This document shows positions 1-18,652 of a stretch of DNA of 64,000 bases, in pieces. Source of the stretch: the human T2T-CHM13v2.0 reference genome, Homo sapiens. The first letter of the stretch is position 1. The number at the start of each line of letters is the position of its first letter. The notes under the pieces were generated by a model. It did no database searches. It saw only the letters and a program-made list of their open reading frames with translations, and was not told the DNA's origin. The stretch is taken from the NCBI RefSeq assembly GCF_009914755.1, contig NC_060925.1. The stretch is one strand, 5' to 3'. The position numbers and the translations under genes were made by a program.

Positions 1-312
<312 letters not shown>

Positions 313-1581
313 CTAGATTTTATCTATAAGACATTTTAAATTGGTTATTCTATCGTCAACTCTAACCTAATTCAGCATCCTCCTGTCTTACCACTGTTTC
401 CCTTTTTCCTTTCCCCATTTCTTCCTGAGCTCAAAATTTAGGCACTATCTCGGATTCCAAACCCTGCATTCTGTCACCATTATTTCAAACTGCATGTAGG
501 AACTGTCACTTCTCTATACTTATAATAAGGCAAAAACTTGGTACTAGCCCATATGATTTCCCACTGCTAATCAGCTGGCCTCCAATACCTCCTACTCTCT
601 TTGAAATTGTCCATTTTGTCAAGCTTATGAGAAAAAATTTTGACAAAATTTTATGACACAAATTAACAATTTTGTCAAACTTCTGAGACAATTTTTGGTA
701 ATTTCATGTTGGCCAGGTTGGTCTCGAACTCCTGACCTCAGGTGATCTACCTGTCCCAGCCTCCCAAAGTGCTGGGATTATAGGTGTGAGCCACCGTGCC
801 TGGGCTTTTTTTTTTTTTTTTTTTTTAAGAGACAGAATCTCACTGTTGCTCAGGCTGGAGCATGATCATAGCTCACCGCAGCCTCCTGAGTAGCTAGGAC
901 TATCCTTTGAGCTCAAGCGAGCCTCCTGTTTCAGCCTCCCAAGTAGCTAGGACTACAGTGGTGCACCACCATGCCCAAGTAATTAAAAAAAATTTTTTTT
1001 TGTAGGGACAGGGTCTCGCCATGTTGCCCAGGCTGGTCGGAAACTCCTGGCCTCAAGCAATCCTTTTGTCAATCCACTTCAGTTTCCCAAAGTGCTAGAA
1101 TTACAGGTGTGAGCCAGTGCACCGGCCAATTTTGGTAAGACTTTTAACTGCTACATATTTTTAATTATACAGTATGGCAAAAAGAGAGAGATTATTTACA
1201 TTTTTGTCACTTTAATGGAATTAGTTTCAAGTTTTTGCAAATATGAAAACTGGAAGCTTAAAGCCTTGGGCATTTACTGGACAATGTCTAACCTCCCCCC
1301 GCCCCCAGCCCCCTACACCCCAGCCAAAGAAATATGAATAAAGTTGAAATAATTCTTTTTTCTTTTTTTAACTACCTAGAACCCTGGATTTTTGTTTTGA
1401 GACAGAGTCTCGTTCTGTCTCGCACGCTAGAGCGCAGTGGCTCAATCATGGCTCACTGCAACCCTGACCTCCCAAGCTCAAGCAATCCTCCCATCTCAGC
1501 CTCCCAAAGTACCAGAATTACAGGTATGAGCCACTGTGCCTAGCCAAGTAATTTTTTAAAGTAAAACAAACAAACAAAAGC

Positions 1582-1741
1582 CAGGGGTTCTTAATCTGGG
1601 GTCTATGGAACAGGCCTCTAGGAATCCAGGCTTTCTCTGAAATTATTTGCAAAAGAGTAAAATGTAGATTTTTCTAGGAAGAGGATTCACACATTTCATA
1701 TTTATTCTCAAAGAGGTCTGCAACTCCATTTAGAAACACTG
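1582..1741 (+). mobile_element. Charlie4z-like hAT MITE (related copies at ~3455-3600 and ~54000-54170, reversed)
   Basis: CAGGGGTTCTTAATCTGGGGTCTATGG...ATTCTCAAAGAGGTC...AGAAACACTG. Confidence 0.55.
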
Positions 1742-2322
1742 TCTACAGGTACATTAGGTGCTATGAGGACATGGATAAATAAGAAATTCTGCATAAAGGA
1801 ATGAGGAAAAGCTATAACAACATATAAAAGCTGAATTGTCAAAGAATGGGGCTCAGCCAGCCAGAGAGAGGACCAAGAGAAAAGCAGGAGGAAAGGCAAG
1901 TAGGTATGAAAGTTAACCACATGTTTGGGAAACAGTTAACTAGCAACATAACGATATTATCTCTTTTCCACTCACCCCCCGATTTGTTTACCTCTCTCAT
2001 TTTTCTCTTCTAGAACACCTTTAAGCAATATTTTGTCCAGGCCTTTCTTAGTCTATGTTTTCCCTGGGCAATCTCATTCACTCTTTCTCCTATAACCTAT
2101 TTATCAGCTCTATTTTCACAGCTGTCATGCAACATCAATAATAAAAACACTTATTAAGCAATTTCTAATGTACAAGCATCAGGTTAAGATTTACATGTGT
2201 TGGCTGGGCACGGTGGCTCATGCCTGTAATCCCAACACTTTGGGAGGCCAAGGCAGGCGGATCACCTGAGGTTGGGAGTTCAAGACAAGCCTGACCAACA
2301 TGGAGAAACCCTGTCTCTACTA

Positions 2323-2511
<189 letters not shown>

Positions 2512-3084
2512 TTATCTCAAGAAAACTAGTGAGGTAGGAACTCAAATATAAGGGGATTTAAGAGATCTCTGGTAACCTTTGACACATCAGTTCTACAGGG
2601 GAAGGAGCTAATACAGAAAAAGATTCAAGAGGGAAAATGAATTGATTCTCCATGGTGGCTGTCCTAACTGTCCCTCTGAGCACCATCACCCTCCTTAACA
2701 CCTAACACAATCTCCTACTTTGAGGAAATAGGTATGAACAACTGTAACTTCTGCTGCTTGTTTTCCAAATTATGGAAGGATAGATCTCTTGTACCTTCCT
2801 AAGGCTCATCCAACCTCATCATGCCATGTATTCCAAGATTTTGTCAATTTGTTTTCCCTGTCTTCAATCTTCCCCACCCCCGACAGGCTCCGACTCCTAA
2901 ACATGGTTAAGCTCCTTAAAGCATCCTTCTCTCAATCCTATTTCTTCCTCAAACTTTCTCCTTTCCACTAACACAAGATTTTTTGAAAGATTAGAATAAC
3001 CTACATCTGTTACCTTTAATGAGATGCTCAGGAAGTGGAGGTAACAATGCCAGGAAGAAAAATGTTATAATATTTGAAGAAATG

Positions 3085-3446
<362 letters not shown>

Positions 3447-3713
3447 CTAACAGTCTTAACCATTTTTTAGTCCCAAATCTCACACTAACAAAAGCTATGC
3501 AACCTCTCCCTTGAAAAATGCACACACACAGGCAAAGTTTATATGTAATTTCAAGGGGCTCACAGGACACCTCACCACCAAGCAGGTTAAGATTTCTGTA
3601 TTAGACATAAATATTAAAAGACTATGAATCAGGGCCGGGTGCACTGGCTCACGCCTGTAATCTCAGAGCTTTGGGAGGCAGAGGCAGGCGGATCATCTGA
3701 AGTCAGGAGTTCA

Positions 3714-3974
<261 letters not shown>

Positions 3975-4306
3975 TCAGACAGAGTGCGGTGGCTCACGCC
4001 TGTAATCCCAGCACTCTGGGAGGCCAAAGCGGGTGGCTCACTTGAGGCTAGGAGTTAGAGACCAGCCTGGCCAACATGCCTGTAGTCCCAGCTACTTGGA
4101 AGGATGAGGCAGGAGAACTGCCTGAACCCAGGAGGCTTAAGTTGCACTGAGCTGTGATTGCGTCACTGCATTCCAGCCTGTGTGACAGGGTGAGATTCTG
4201 TCTCAAAAAAGACTAAGAATCAGCATTAGACAAACTTATGAAAAGAACCCTAGGGCCATACAAGCTCCTTCAAGTCACTGCACTGCTCTTAAACAAGTGT
4301 GAATAA

Positions 4307-4495
<189 letters not shown>

Positions 4496-4756
4496 TAAAA
4501 AAAAATACAAAAACAGAGAGAGATAAGGTCTCACTATATTCGCCAGGCTGTTCTCAAACTCCTGGGCTCAAGCAATCCTCACGCCTTGGCCTCCCAAAGT
4601 GCTAGGATTAGAGGCATGAGTCACCATGCCTTGGCCTGTAATGTTATTAAGATGATACTGTTATCACAATTAAATATAATGATCCACTGATATTCTGGGG
4701 ACAACTCAGAAAATTTTTAAATAAAGTAGGTATTGAATGTTATTAAGGATTTCTGA

Positions 4757-4895
<139 letters not shown>

Positions 4896-5049
4896 TAGCT
4901 GGGATTAGAGGCGTGTGCCACCACACACGGCTAACTTTTTGTATTTTAGTAGAGATGGAGTTTCACCATGTTGTCTGGGATGGTCTCGATATCCTGACCT
5001 CGTGATCCACCCGCCTCGGCCTCCCAAAGTGCTGGGATTACATGCATGA

Positions 5050-5284
<235 letters not shown>

Positions 5285-5391
5285 TGAACTTCTGACCTTA
5301 GGTGATCCGTCCGCCTCAGCCTCCCAAAGTGCTGGGAGTACAGGCGTGAGCCACTGCGCCGGCCTATTAGATCTTAACAAAGGTACTGTGG

Positions 5392-5392
<1 letters not shown>

Positions 5393-5432
<40 letters not shown>
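5393..5432. repeat. (CA)n microsatellite, ~20 units
   Basis: Read directly. Confidence 0.95.
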
Positions 5433-5437
<5 letters not shown>

Positions 5438-5570
5438 CCTTATTTTTTAGAGCTACATATTAAAATATTTAGGAGAAAAATATCATGATGTCTACAATTA
5501 ACAAACAATTCAGAAAATAAAAGGAAAAAAATCCCCCAAAATATTAGCATGTAAAAATAAGCTACTTTTT

Positions 5571-6430
5571 GAAAAGGTATCTGCACTCCCATGTTTATTG
5601 CTGCACAGTTCACAACAGGCAAAATATAGAATCAACCTAAGTGCCCACCAACAGATGAATGAATAAAGAAGATGTGGTGGCTGGGCACAGTGGCTCATGA
5701 GGTCAGGAGTTTGAGACCAGCCTGACCAACATGGTAAAACCCCGTCTCCACTAAAAAATACAAAAAAATTAGCCGGGCGTGGTGGCGTGTGCCTGTAATC
5801 CCAGCTACTCAGGAGGCTAAGGCAGGAGAATCACTTTAACCCAGGAGGTGGAGGTTGTGGTGAGCCAAGATTGCACTACCGCACCTCAGCCTGAGCGACA
5901 TAGCAAGACTCCTTCTCAAAAAAAAAAAAGATGTGGTATATATACCCAGTGGAATATTATAGCCACAAAAAAGAATGAAATTCTGTCATGCAGCACATGG
6001 TTAGAACTGGAAGTCCCTAAGTGAAGTAAGCCAAGCACAAAAAGACAAATATCACATGTTCCCACTCATATGTGGGAGCTAAAAAAAAAAGTAGATCTCA
6101 TGAAGAGAGAGTAGAATGGTGGTTACCAGAGGCTGGGAAGAGTAGGGGAGTAGAGAGTTGAAGAGAAGCTGATCAACAGGTACAAATATATGGTTTGAAA
6201 GAAGAAATAAGACCTAGTAGATCAGTAGGGTGACTATAGTTTACAATAACCTGTTGTAAATTTTAAAATAGCTAGAAGAGAATAATTTGAATGTTTCTAG
6301 CATAAACACATAGAGTGATGAATATTCCAAGTACACTGATTTAATATTTACAGATTATATAAATGTATATTAGATTATCACATGCATCCCTAAACCATGT
6401 ACACCTATTATGCATCAATTCTTTTTTTTG
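5571..6430 (+). mobile_element. L1 (L1MA/MB-like) 3' fragment with nested Alu (~5679-5930)
   Basis: ATCTGCACTCCCATGTTTATTGC, AATCAACCTAAGTG, CCACTCATATGTGGGAGCT, GGTTACCAGAGGCTGGGAAG. Confidence 0.8.
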
Positions 6431-6564
6431 AAAAAGCTACTTTTGGGCTGGGCACGGTGGCTCATGCCTGTAATCCTAGCACTTTGGGAAGCTAAGGTGG
6501 GTGGATCACGAGGTCAGGAGTTTGAGACCAGCCTGGCTAACATGCTGAAACCCCGTCTCTACTA

Positions 6565-7036
<472 letters not shown>

Positions 7037-7369
7037 CTAGGTGACAGAGCGATTGTCTCCCAAAAAAAAAGCTGAGCACGGTGGCTCACACCAGTAATCA
7101 CAGCACTTTGAGGCTGAGGTGGGTGGATTGCTCGAGCTCAATAATTTGAGACCAGCCTGGGCAGCATGGCAAAACTCTATCTCTACAAAAAACACCCCCC
7201 AAAACAAAAAACCCCCCAAAATTAGCTGGGCATAGTGGCATGTGTCTGTAGTACCAGCTATTCAGGAGGCTGAGTTGGGAGGATCATCTTAGCCTGGGAA
7301 GTGGAGATTGCAGTAAGCCAAGATTGTGCCACTGCACTCCAGCTTGGCTAACAGAGTGAGACCCTGTCT

Positions 7370-7402
<33 letters not shown>

Positions 7403-8364
7403 ACTTTCATGCCAGATCTGTCAAGGGTGCAAAAAAGGAAATTACGAAAGACTGCAAGAATAAAATTGATATATGCTAAGGAAAGGTGATTTTGGTAAGC
7501 ATAAAATCTTGTCATAAGAGACTCAAAAATTAAGTCAGGGAAACCAAGAGAAAAAAGATCAATGAGGGTCTACATTGTTTCTTTTCCATAAGGAAAAACT
7601 TATCTTCCCTCTGTGTAATTTTATTATTTGTGGAACTTCGGAATAACAAAACCCACCCCCCATATTACGCGTAAAAATGAGTTAGGTGCCCAGACTGGGC
7701 AACACAGCAAGACCCTGTCTCTACCCCCAAGAAAAGGAATAAATTAGCTGGGTGTGGTGGCATATGCCTACAGTCCCAGCTACTCAGGAGGCTGAGGTGG
7801 GAGGACTGCTTGAGCCCAGGGGTTCAAGGCTGCAGTGAGCTAAGATTGCGTCACTGCACCCCAGCCTGGGTGGCAGAGCAAGACCCTGTTGTCTCAAAAA
7901 ACTGGTGTTTTCACTAAGAGGTATGGATGAGTTACTCTGGCTTCACATTACTGACAGTGAAGAATCGTGAGTCCTATTCTAGACCAAGCTGGCTACCCTG
8001 GCACTACACTGCAGTGTTACCATTGATTCTTTGTTTTTTGAGACAGAGTCTTGCTCTGTTATCCAAGCTGGAGTGCAGTGGCGTGATCATGGTTCACTCT
8101 AGCCTTGACCTACTGGGTTCAAGCAATCCTCCCACCTCTACCTCCTGAGTAGCTACGACTATAGGCGTGCGCTACCACACCCAATTTTTGTATTTTTTTT
8201 GTAGAGACGGGGTTTCTCCATGCTGCCCAGGCTGGTCTTGAACTCCTAAGCTCAATCTGCCTGCCTCGGCCTCTCAAAGTGCTGAGATTACAGGTGTGAA
8301 CCACTGCACCTGGCCCGGTTGATTCTAATATACATTCTACTCCCAAATGATTAGTCCAAAGTTT

Positions 8365-8975
8365 CACTGTCTAATATGGTGGCACCAGCAACATGTATCT
8401 AGTGAACACTTAAAATGTGGTAAGCTCAAACCCAATTTAGATTTGTATTTCAAAAGATCTGTTTTTTAATGGAGGAAAAAAGAATGACGAATATCTCATT
8501 AATTTTAAATTTTGAGTTCATGTTGAAATATTTTTAATATACTGAATAAAATATGCTGTTAAAATTAATTTTGCCTGTTTTTTTAAACTTTACAGTAGAC
8601 GCCCTTTGCCAATGGGAAATATACGTTCCAAGACCCCCAGTGCATACATGAAACCTCAGATAGTATTGAACCCTATACATACCGTGTTTTTTCATATATA
8701 TATATATATATATACCTATGATAAAGTTTAATTTATAAATTAGGCAAAGAGATTAACAATTAAAAATATATAATATATAAAAGGATAATTATAACAATAT
8801 ACTGTAATAAAAGTTATGTGAATGTGGTGTCTCTCTCAATAATCTTATTGTACTGCACTCACCTAGTTTTGGACTGTGATTGAGACTAAAATTGAGGATA
8901 AGGGAGCGCTACTGTATTTAAAGTGAAAAAAATTAAAATTACTCATGAAGCTTGCATATTTCTACTGCCTAGTGT
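8365..8975 (-). mobile_element. MER33-like hAT-Charlie element interrupted by the MER44A
   Basis: Both flanks of the MER44A match reverse-complement MER33 (CACTTAAAATGTGG; ATATCTCATTAAT; AAAATTAATTTTGCCTGTTT). Confidence 0.6.
8593..8914 (-). mobile_element. MER44A-like Tigger (TcMar-Tigger) MITE
   Basis: TA|CAGTAG...CTACTG|TA termini with TA TSD; internal GTTCCAAGACCCCCAG and AATAAAAGTTATGTGAATGTGG match the recalled MER44A consensus. Confidence 0.8.
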
Positions 8976-9273
8976 TACTGTAAGCCATTAATGTCAATCC
9001 CACTTCCCTTGCCAATAAATGGTCAGAGATATAAAAGGAAAGCAATTCTCACTCATAAGAAAACAGATTCAAGAAAGAAAAATTGAGGATAAGGGAGCGC
9101 TACTGTATTTAAAGTGAAAAAAATTAAAATTACTCATGAAGCTTGCGTATTTCTACTGCCTAGTGTTACTGTAAGCCATTAATGTCAATCCCACTTCCCT
9201 TGCCAATAAATGGTCAAAGAGATATAAAAGGAAAGCAATTCTCACTCATAAGAAAACAGATTCAAGAAAGAAA
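8889..9273. repeat. Head-to-tail tandem duplication, unit ~191-193 bp
   Basis: Copies at ~8889-9079 and ~9080-9273 differ by one substitution and a 2-nt indel. Confidence 0.95.
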
Positions 9274-10177
9274 GATGGGAAGATAAGATCTCTTCTTTGT
9301 CTAACAATTTTTTATCTGGACATAGTGCCTGACACTTATACAGCCACCCTGCTATGAGCCAGAGACAAGAGAATTGTTGAAAACCAGCAGGGCAGTCAAA
9401 TTCTAGGCTGAAGCATCCATTTCTGTATCTCTCAGTTAAATGATATAACAGATATTCTTATTGTTTTCTTTTGTTTTGAGACAGAGACTCGCTCTGTCAT
9501 CCAGGCTGGAGTGCAGTGGTGCGATCTCAGCTCACTGCAACCTCTACCTCCTGGGATCAAGTGATTCTCATGCCTTGGCTTCCTGAGTAGTTGGGATTAC
9601 CTGCGCACACCACCACAGCCAGCGAATTTTTGTATTTTTAGTAGAGATGTGGTTTTGCCATGTTGGCCAGACTGGTCTCCCCTGGCCTCAACTGATCCAC
9701 CCACCTAAGCCTCCCAAAGTGCTGGGATTACAGGTGTGAGCCACCACACCCAGTCCTTATTGTTTAATTCATTTTTAGTTAAGGATTTTTACTTGTAGCA
9801 AATGCATCCAGATAATATGCATATGTCTTCTATGCTTTTGATCATGCTGTTTTCAATCACCTAAAAGCTTTTCTTACTACTCTCCATCCATCTAAACCTT
9901 TCTTAAATTTAAGCACGACTTTCTTGGAAACCTAGCCACAAGGATTTTTTCCCTTCTCTGAAGTATTTCACCTATCAATGATATCTTAAAATGTCTATGT
10001 TTATAATATACTATCTTGTTCTCACATTTTCCTATATTTACATAATTTTTGTCTTTACAACAAAACTGGAAATCCCGTAAAGGACATGAGAAGTATTCTC
10101 AATACTGGGCTTAAATCCTCACTATGTATCCCCAGTAGAGGTGTATTTAGAGGTGTACGCTCATAAGCAAATGACTC

Positions 10178-10754
<577 letters not shown>

Positions 10755-11086
10755 AAACCTATCAGGGTTTAACTAAAGTGGAAGAGCAAATAGATGACTG
10801 TTCCTTCTATAAAGAGACCTAAGAAATAAATTAATTACATTTGTTTTTCTACAGTGGTTCTGAATCAACGCCCCTAACAATTCAGGATCTAACACTGAAC
10901 TCAATCCATGCTTGAACAAAATAAAAGTCAGGCTTGTAAAAAAAAACAAGGTGAATGAAGTAAAGAACTGGCTACAAATATGAAAAGTACTTCCTCTACA
11001 CTGTTACCCACACGTAAATAAATATAATGGGCTCCCCCCAGCGCCATTCAATGAGTGAACAGCAAGGTATATTCCCCTTGAGTTTA

Positions 11087-11311
<225 letters not shown>

Positions 11312-11654
11312 TTAGAAATATAATGGTAAAATCACAGAACAAACATTATCTGCTCCCCTCCATTCCCCAGACTTCCTGTTTGGGATATCCTTTTCTGAGC
11401 CCAGAAAGATAATGAGTTCTTGAAACTAAGAGAGTTCTGGGAAAGGAGACATACTGCTTTCCCTTACTCGATCCAGTTACCTTTTGTTTATTACCACAAT
11501 ATCTCCTTCTATAGTCCTAGTTATTGATTTAATGATAACCCCAGCAAGACTGCATAGTAGTTAGGTCCATTCTCCAAAGAGAAAGACTTAAAATATATAA
11601 GAAAATGTAAGTCTTCTCTTGTTCAAGGTAACTTCCAAGGCTCTTAAACACTTA

Positions 11655-11993
<339 letters not shown>

Positions 11994-12634
11994 CTATAAA
12001 GAAAGACATCTGATCATTCTGGTTATCCTGGGGGCTAGAATGTGCTAACTCCTTAACTTCACTACCATTCCTTGTTAACGGTTTGGTTTCAGGTATTCTC
12101 ATTCAGCTTTCACCCTTCAGTTTTTTTTAGCGTTTCCAAGTTTTACTCCTTTTCTAGAGTATATCCACATATGCCACCCAAGCGCTATACTTTGTATTTC
12201 TCCCTCCTGCCTGTCTTAGGTCCCTTAATCATTAGTATAACTTGGCTCTGAGCTCCCTGGCAAAGAAGAAGTTCCAACCTTTTTATCTGGACTAATACCA
12301 AAAAATGAAAAGCTAAAAAATGGAAGTAAGAGCTCCCGATTCATCCAATGACACAATTAACAAAAATGAACTGAGGCCAATATGGTTTGAGTCCTTATTA
12401 TCTATAAACCTGTTCTCCTGTGTGGTTTCAAAATCTACCACACTAAGAAAGTAAGATCACATATGTTCTGATCTATTTGAGGGTCTTTAAATGTATCCCA
12501 TCACATTCCAAAGTACACAGCTCTTCTAAAAACAGACCAAGAGAAACAGTAACCCTTTAAAAAGCTTCAGTCATTTTAGAGCCCCTGCTTACAAGCTTCC
12601 AATATTAATGAAGGTAAATGGCAGAAGCCACTTA

Positions 12635-12796
<162 letters not shown>

Positions 12797-13054
12797 TTAA
12801 TACAATGACACTGGAAAAAGATTACTGACCTTTTGGGAAAAAGTCAAACACTCCCTGAGAAGTATATAAAAGGGTAAGCAAGCATGAGAGATCACTATGG
12901 TTTTTGTTTGTTTTTGTTTTTTTTGAGACACGGTCTCTCAGTCTGTTGCCCAGGCTGGAGTGCAGTGGCACGACCACAGCTCACTGCAGCCTTGACCTCC
13001 CTGGGCTCAAGATCACTATGTTTGAGGCTTCCTTTTACTGTTCTAACTCTAGGC

Positions 13055-15163
<2,109 letters not shown>

Positions 15164-15476
15164 CTCTAGACCACTGAAAACCCTCATGCTCATCATTCTC
15201 AACCTGAAGATCTCTCTACCAAATCCTAACTTTAAAACCTTGCTCAGAAATCCATCTCTTCCATGAAGTTATCTTTCATTATCTCACCCATCTTTAATCA
15301 ATCAATTTCACTAATCTCCAAAGCACAATTACACACATAATTTCTTGGAGCTGATTCAGTTACACTTTTTGTAAGTGGCTTTCTCCTTACTAAAGTTTCT
15401 GTAAGAACAAACTACAGCAGCTGTATTTTATTTTATTTTTCTATTTCTGAGTATAAAGCTCTGATACAACAAACAC

Positions 15477-15482
15477 TTTATT
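15477..15482 (-). terminator. Candidate intronic polyadenylation signal AATAAA in intron 7
   Basis: AATAAA ~34 nt after the read-through stop at 15516-15518, followed by GTGTTTGTTGT; two more AATAAA at 15427-15437. Confidence 0.55.
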
Positions 15483-15529
15483 AATGTTTTTGAATGACTG
15501 GCTGCTCAGAGTCTTTCAGGTTATTGTAC

Positions 15530-15748
15530 CTTTCATTGAAGACTCAGGTCCGCTGGTTCTTTGAGAGCCATGAGCAGAGCTGTTGTTGGACACCACCACT
15601 GGCCCAGGACTCTGGCCCAGGGAAGGGATGGTGTTAAGGGTATTCACCAATTTGGCCACTTCATTGCTATTTTCGCCTGTAACACCAGGTCGCTTCACAG
15701 TGACAAAGCTGGCAATGCTCACTGCAGGTGGAGAGGGGAAGGAGGGAG
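15530..15748 (-). CDS. POGZ: POGZ exon 7 ([11 protein letters not shown]...PESSMK)
   Basis: Acceptor CACCGTAG, weak donor AAG|GTACAA. 219 nt, phase 1-1. Confidence 0.93.
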
Positions 15749-15829
15749 CTACGGTGACCAAGTGATAATCATCTGTTCTCCACCCACCATCCCAACCTGG
15801 CTCTGCCATCTCCTCTTCCGAAGCCTTAC

Positions 15830-16120
15830 CTAGCTTGGGATTCGTGGTCTGGTTTGACTGGCCTGGAGACTGAACAGCTAGTTGCCCCAGTGAGGTTGGC
15901 TGTGTGGCAGTGGGAGTGGTAGAAGTGCTGGGAGTGGACTTGGTCTGCTGGGACTGGGACTGTGGGACGGTGCTTCGAATGGTAAGAGTGGCCGGGATGA
16001 CGGTGGTGAAGGTGTTGGTGGTGGGCCTCACAGGCATTGTGGAGCCTGGCCTCACAGGGGTCATCTGGGAGAACACTTGTGGAACTCCAACTGTCGGCTT
16101 AACAAACTGGGTACCTGGGG
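15830..16120 (-). CDS. POGZ: POGZ exon 6 ([10 protein letters not shown]...TTNPKL), Thr/Pro/Gln-rich
   Basis: Acceptor CTCTCTTTTAAAG, donor TAG|GTAAGG. 291 nt, phase 1-1. Confidence 0.94.
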
Positions 16121-16822
16121 CTTTAAAAGAGAGACAAAGTACCAGATCTTGGTCAGTGAGCTCACCTATAACCCATTCTCCCTGCCTTTACTGGAAAGAT
16201 TATTTCCCCAAACTGATGGATGATCATCAGAGGTTTCCAAGAGGAGTATAGATTCTAAAGACTAAGAAAGCACAAGGTGTCCATGTTGACAAAATAACCT
16301 GGGCAGCCTAAAAACATTAAGTTAAATAAGACTCCCATCAACTCCTCCTAAAACACCTTATCACACTGCCTTTTTAATTCTAAGAATACAATCAGTGGCT
16401 TGACCTCGGTACTGGAAGAAAAGAGTGGGAAGCAATATGGGTGTATATAGGCCAAATGGCAAACCTGGTCCTGAAAAAAGAAATCAGTCTTTCTCAGAGT
16501 ACTAAAGGAGTCTTCCATCCTCTTCTATCAACTCAGAAGACAGACTATGCCATTCTACTAGGATGTCCCAAAGAGGAATGTCTCCTGGCTCAACTGTAGA
16601 CAATTCCACTGAGAAAAATAAAGAAATGCCAGGGTAAGCTGGTCAGACTTAAACCCCTATGGGCTACGAGAACAAAAAACAAAACCTTAGGAAGACAAGC
16701 TACAGAGGTACCCTTACAAATAGCTAAATTAAGATACTCTTTTTTGGTCTGAATTGTAGTAAACTTATACATGCTAAATAGAGCAATGGAAAATTCTAAG
16801 ATTTTAAAAAAATTATCCTTCT

Positions 16823-16880
16823 CAGAATCTTAAAAAAAAAAAAACTATCTAGCAGAATCTTAAAAAAAAAAACTATCTAG
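16823..16880. repeat. ~29-bp tandem duplication CAGAATCTT(A)nCTATCTAG x2
   Basis: Read directly; the copies differ only in poly(A) length. Confidence 0.9.
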
Positions 16881-17195
16881 TCATTGACAGTATTTATCCA
16901 TAAAAGGAATGTCATTTGTTTATATCTAAAATCTATGCTATAAAATTAAAACAAAGTTTATAATCCCACCGTGCAAATGAGGAGATGTGTAAGGAGTGTA
17001 GAATTTATGAGTTTGCATTAATAACATAGTCTTAATAGCTGACTAAATACCAGTTACAGAAAAATGACTGTAAACTCTGTTTTACTACTTGATGAAGGGT
17101 GGTGAAAAGCTAAACAGAAATAAATAAAACCACCACCCTGGCCAAAGGTTAGAAGCAGATTTTTTAAAATTGGGCTTAAATCATTAATATTTTTA

Positions 17196-17441
<246 letters not shown>

Positions 17442-18302
17442 TTAACATGGAGACCAATTAACACTGACAAAGATTGCAGTATGACCTACATCCAAAAAAA
17501 AATTCCCATACTCTTACTTAATGGTTCTTTCTCTAGAATTAGAGGTTTCAAATGACTGAGAGGGAAAAATTTAGGAAATTCTGGCAAACTTTTGAGAGAC
17601 AAAATATCAAAATTAGAGAACAAGCTTTGGTACACATGAGCAAAAATGAAAACCTATTTCCTGACTTAAGAGAGCATCGGCTTAAAAAAACCTCATCAAC
17701 AGACTGGCTCCCTAAAGTGCTAAATGAACAGAAGTGGGGGTGGGGGGCAGGGGGAAGAGCAATGTTCACTGGAGTGATTCAACATACAAACAATCCTAAA
17801 AAATTGTTCCCAAAGTCTACTTCAAAGGCCATAAACCTTTGGCAAATTCATAAGAATTTACAACTCAGGAAGCCACAGGCAAAGAGAAGCATTTGCCTTT
17901 AGAATCCATATTCAGAATTAGGCTTTCAACTTCAATTCAACACATTATATATCAAATAAGTCATCTTCCTTGTCTCCCAAAGGTCTCCATGAACTCCACC
18001 AATTACATACATACATCTCCAAAAGTTAACTAATTCATCCCATGTGAAGAGGAGCAGTCCACGCAAAGGGTGAAAAGCCTCAAGAGCCAAGCGTTAAGGC
18101 TTCCTAATTCAAGTTTTCCCACTATTTCTGCCTAGACTTTAATCAAATCACTTAATAAACTTCTAAGGGGTTTAAAGAAGATATTACCCAGCCATACTAT
18201 GCTGGGCTTTCCACAGTTGGCATCAAATTACAGAACAGTAAAAGAGAAAGCCAGGTCAAAAGACAAGACTTAGAACCACTTCTAATGACGCCAAAGACCC
18301 TA

Positions 18303-18581
<279 letters not shown>

Positions 18582-18604
18582 TTAGAAACAATGTTAAACC
18601 CACA

Positions 18605-18652
18605 TTTTACTTTATTTTATTTTATTTTATTTTATTTTATTTTATTTTATTT
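18605..18652. repeat. (TTTTA)n Alu-tail microsatellite ~60 nt upstream of the exon 4 acceptor
   Basis: Read directly. Confidence 0.9.

Noticed and set aside
15749-15774. Alternative in-frame acceptor 24 nt upstream of exon 7
   Set aside because: It would leave a 57-nt intron, below the usual human minimum, with no pyrimidine tract.
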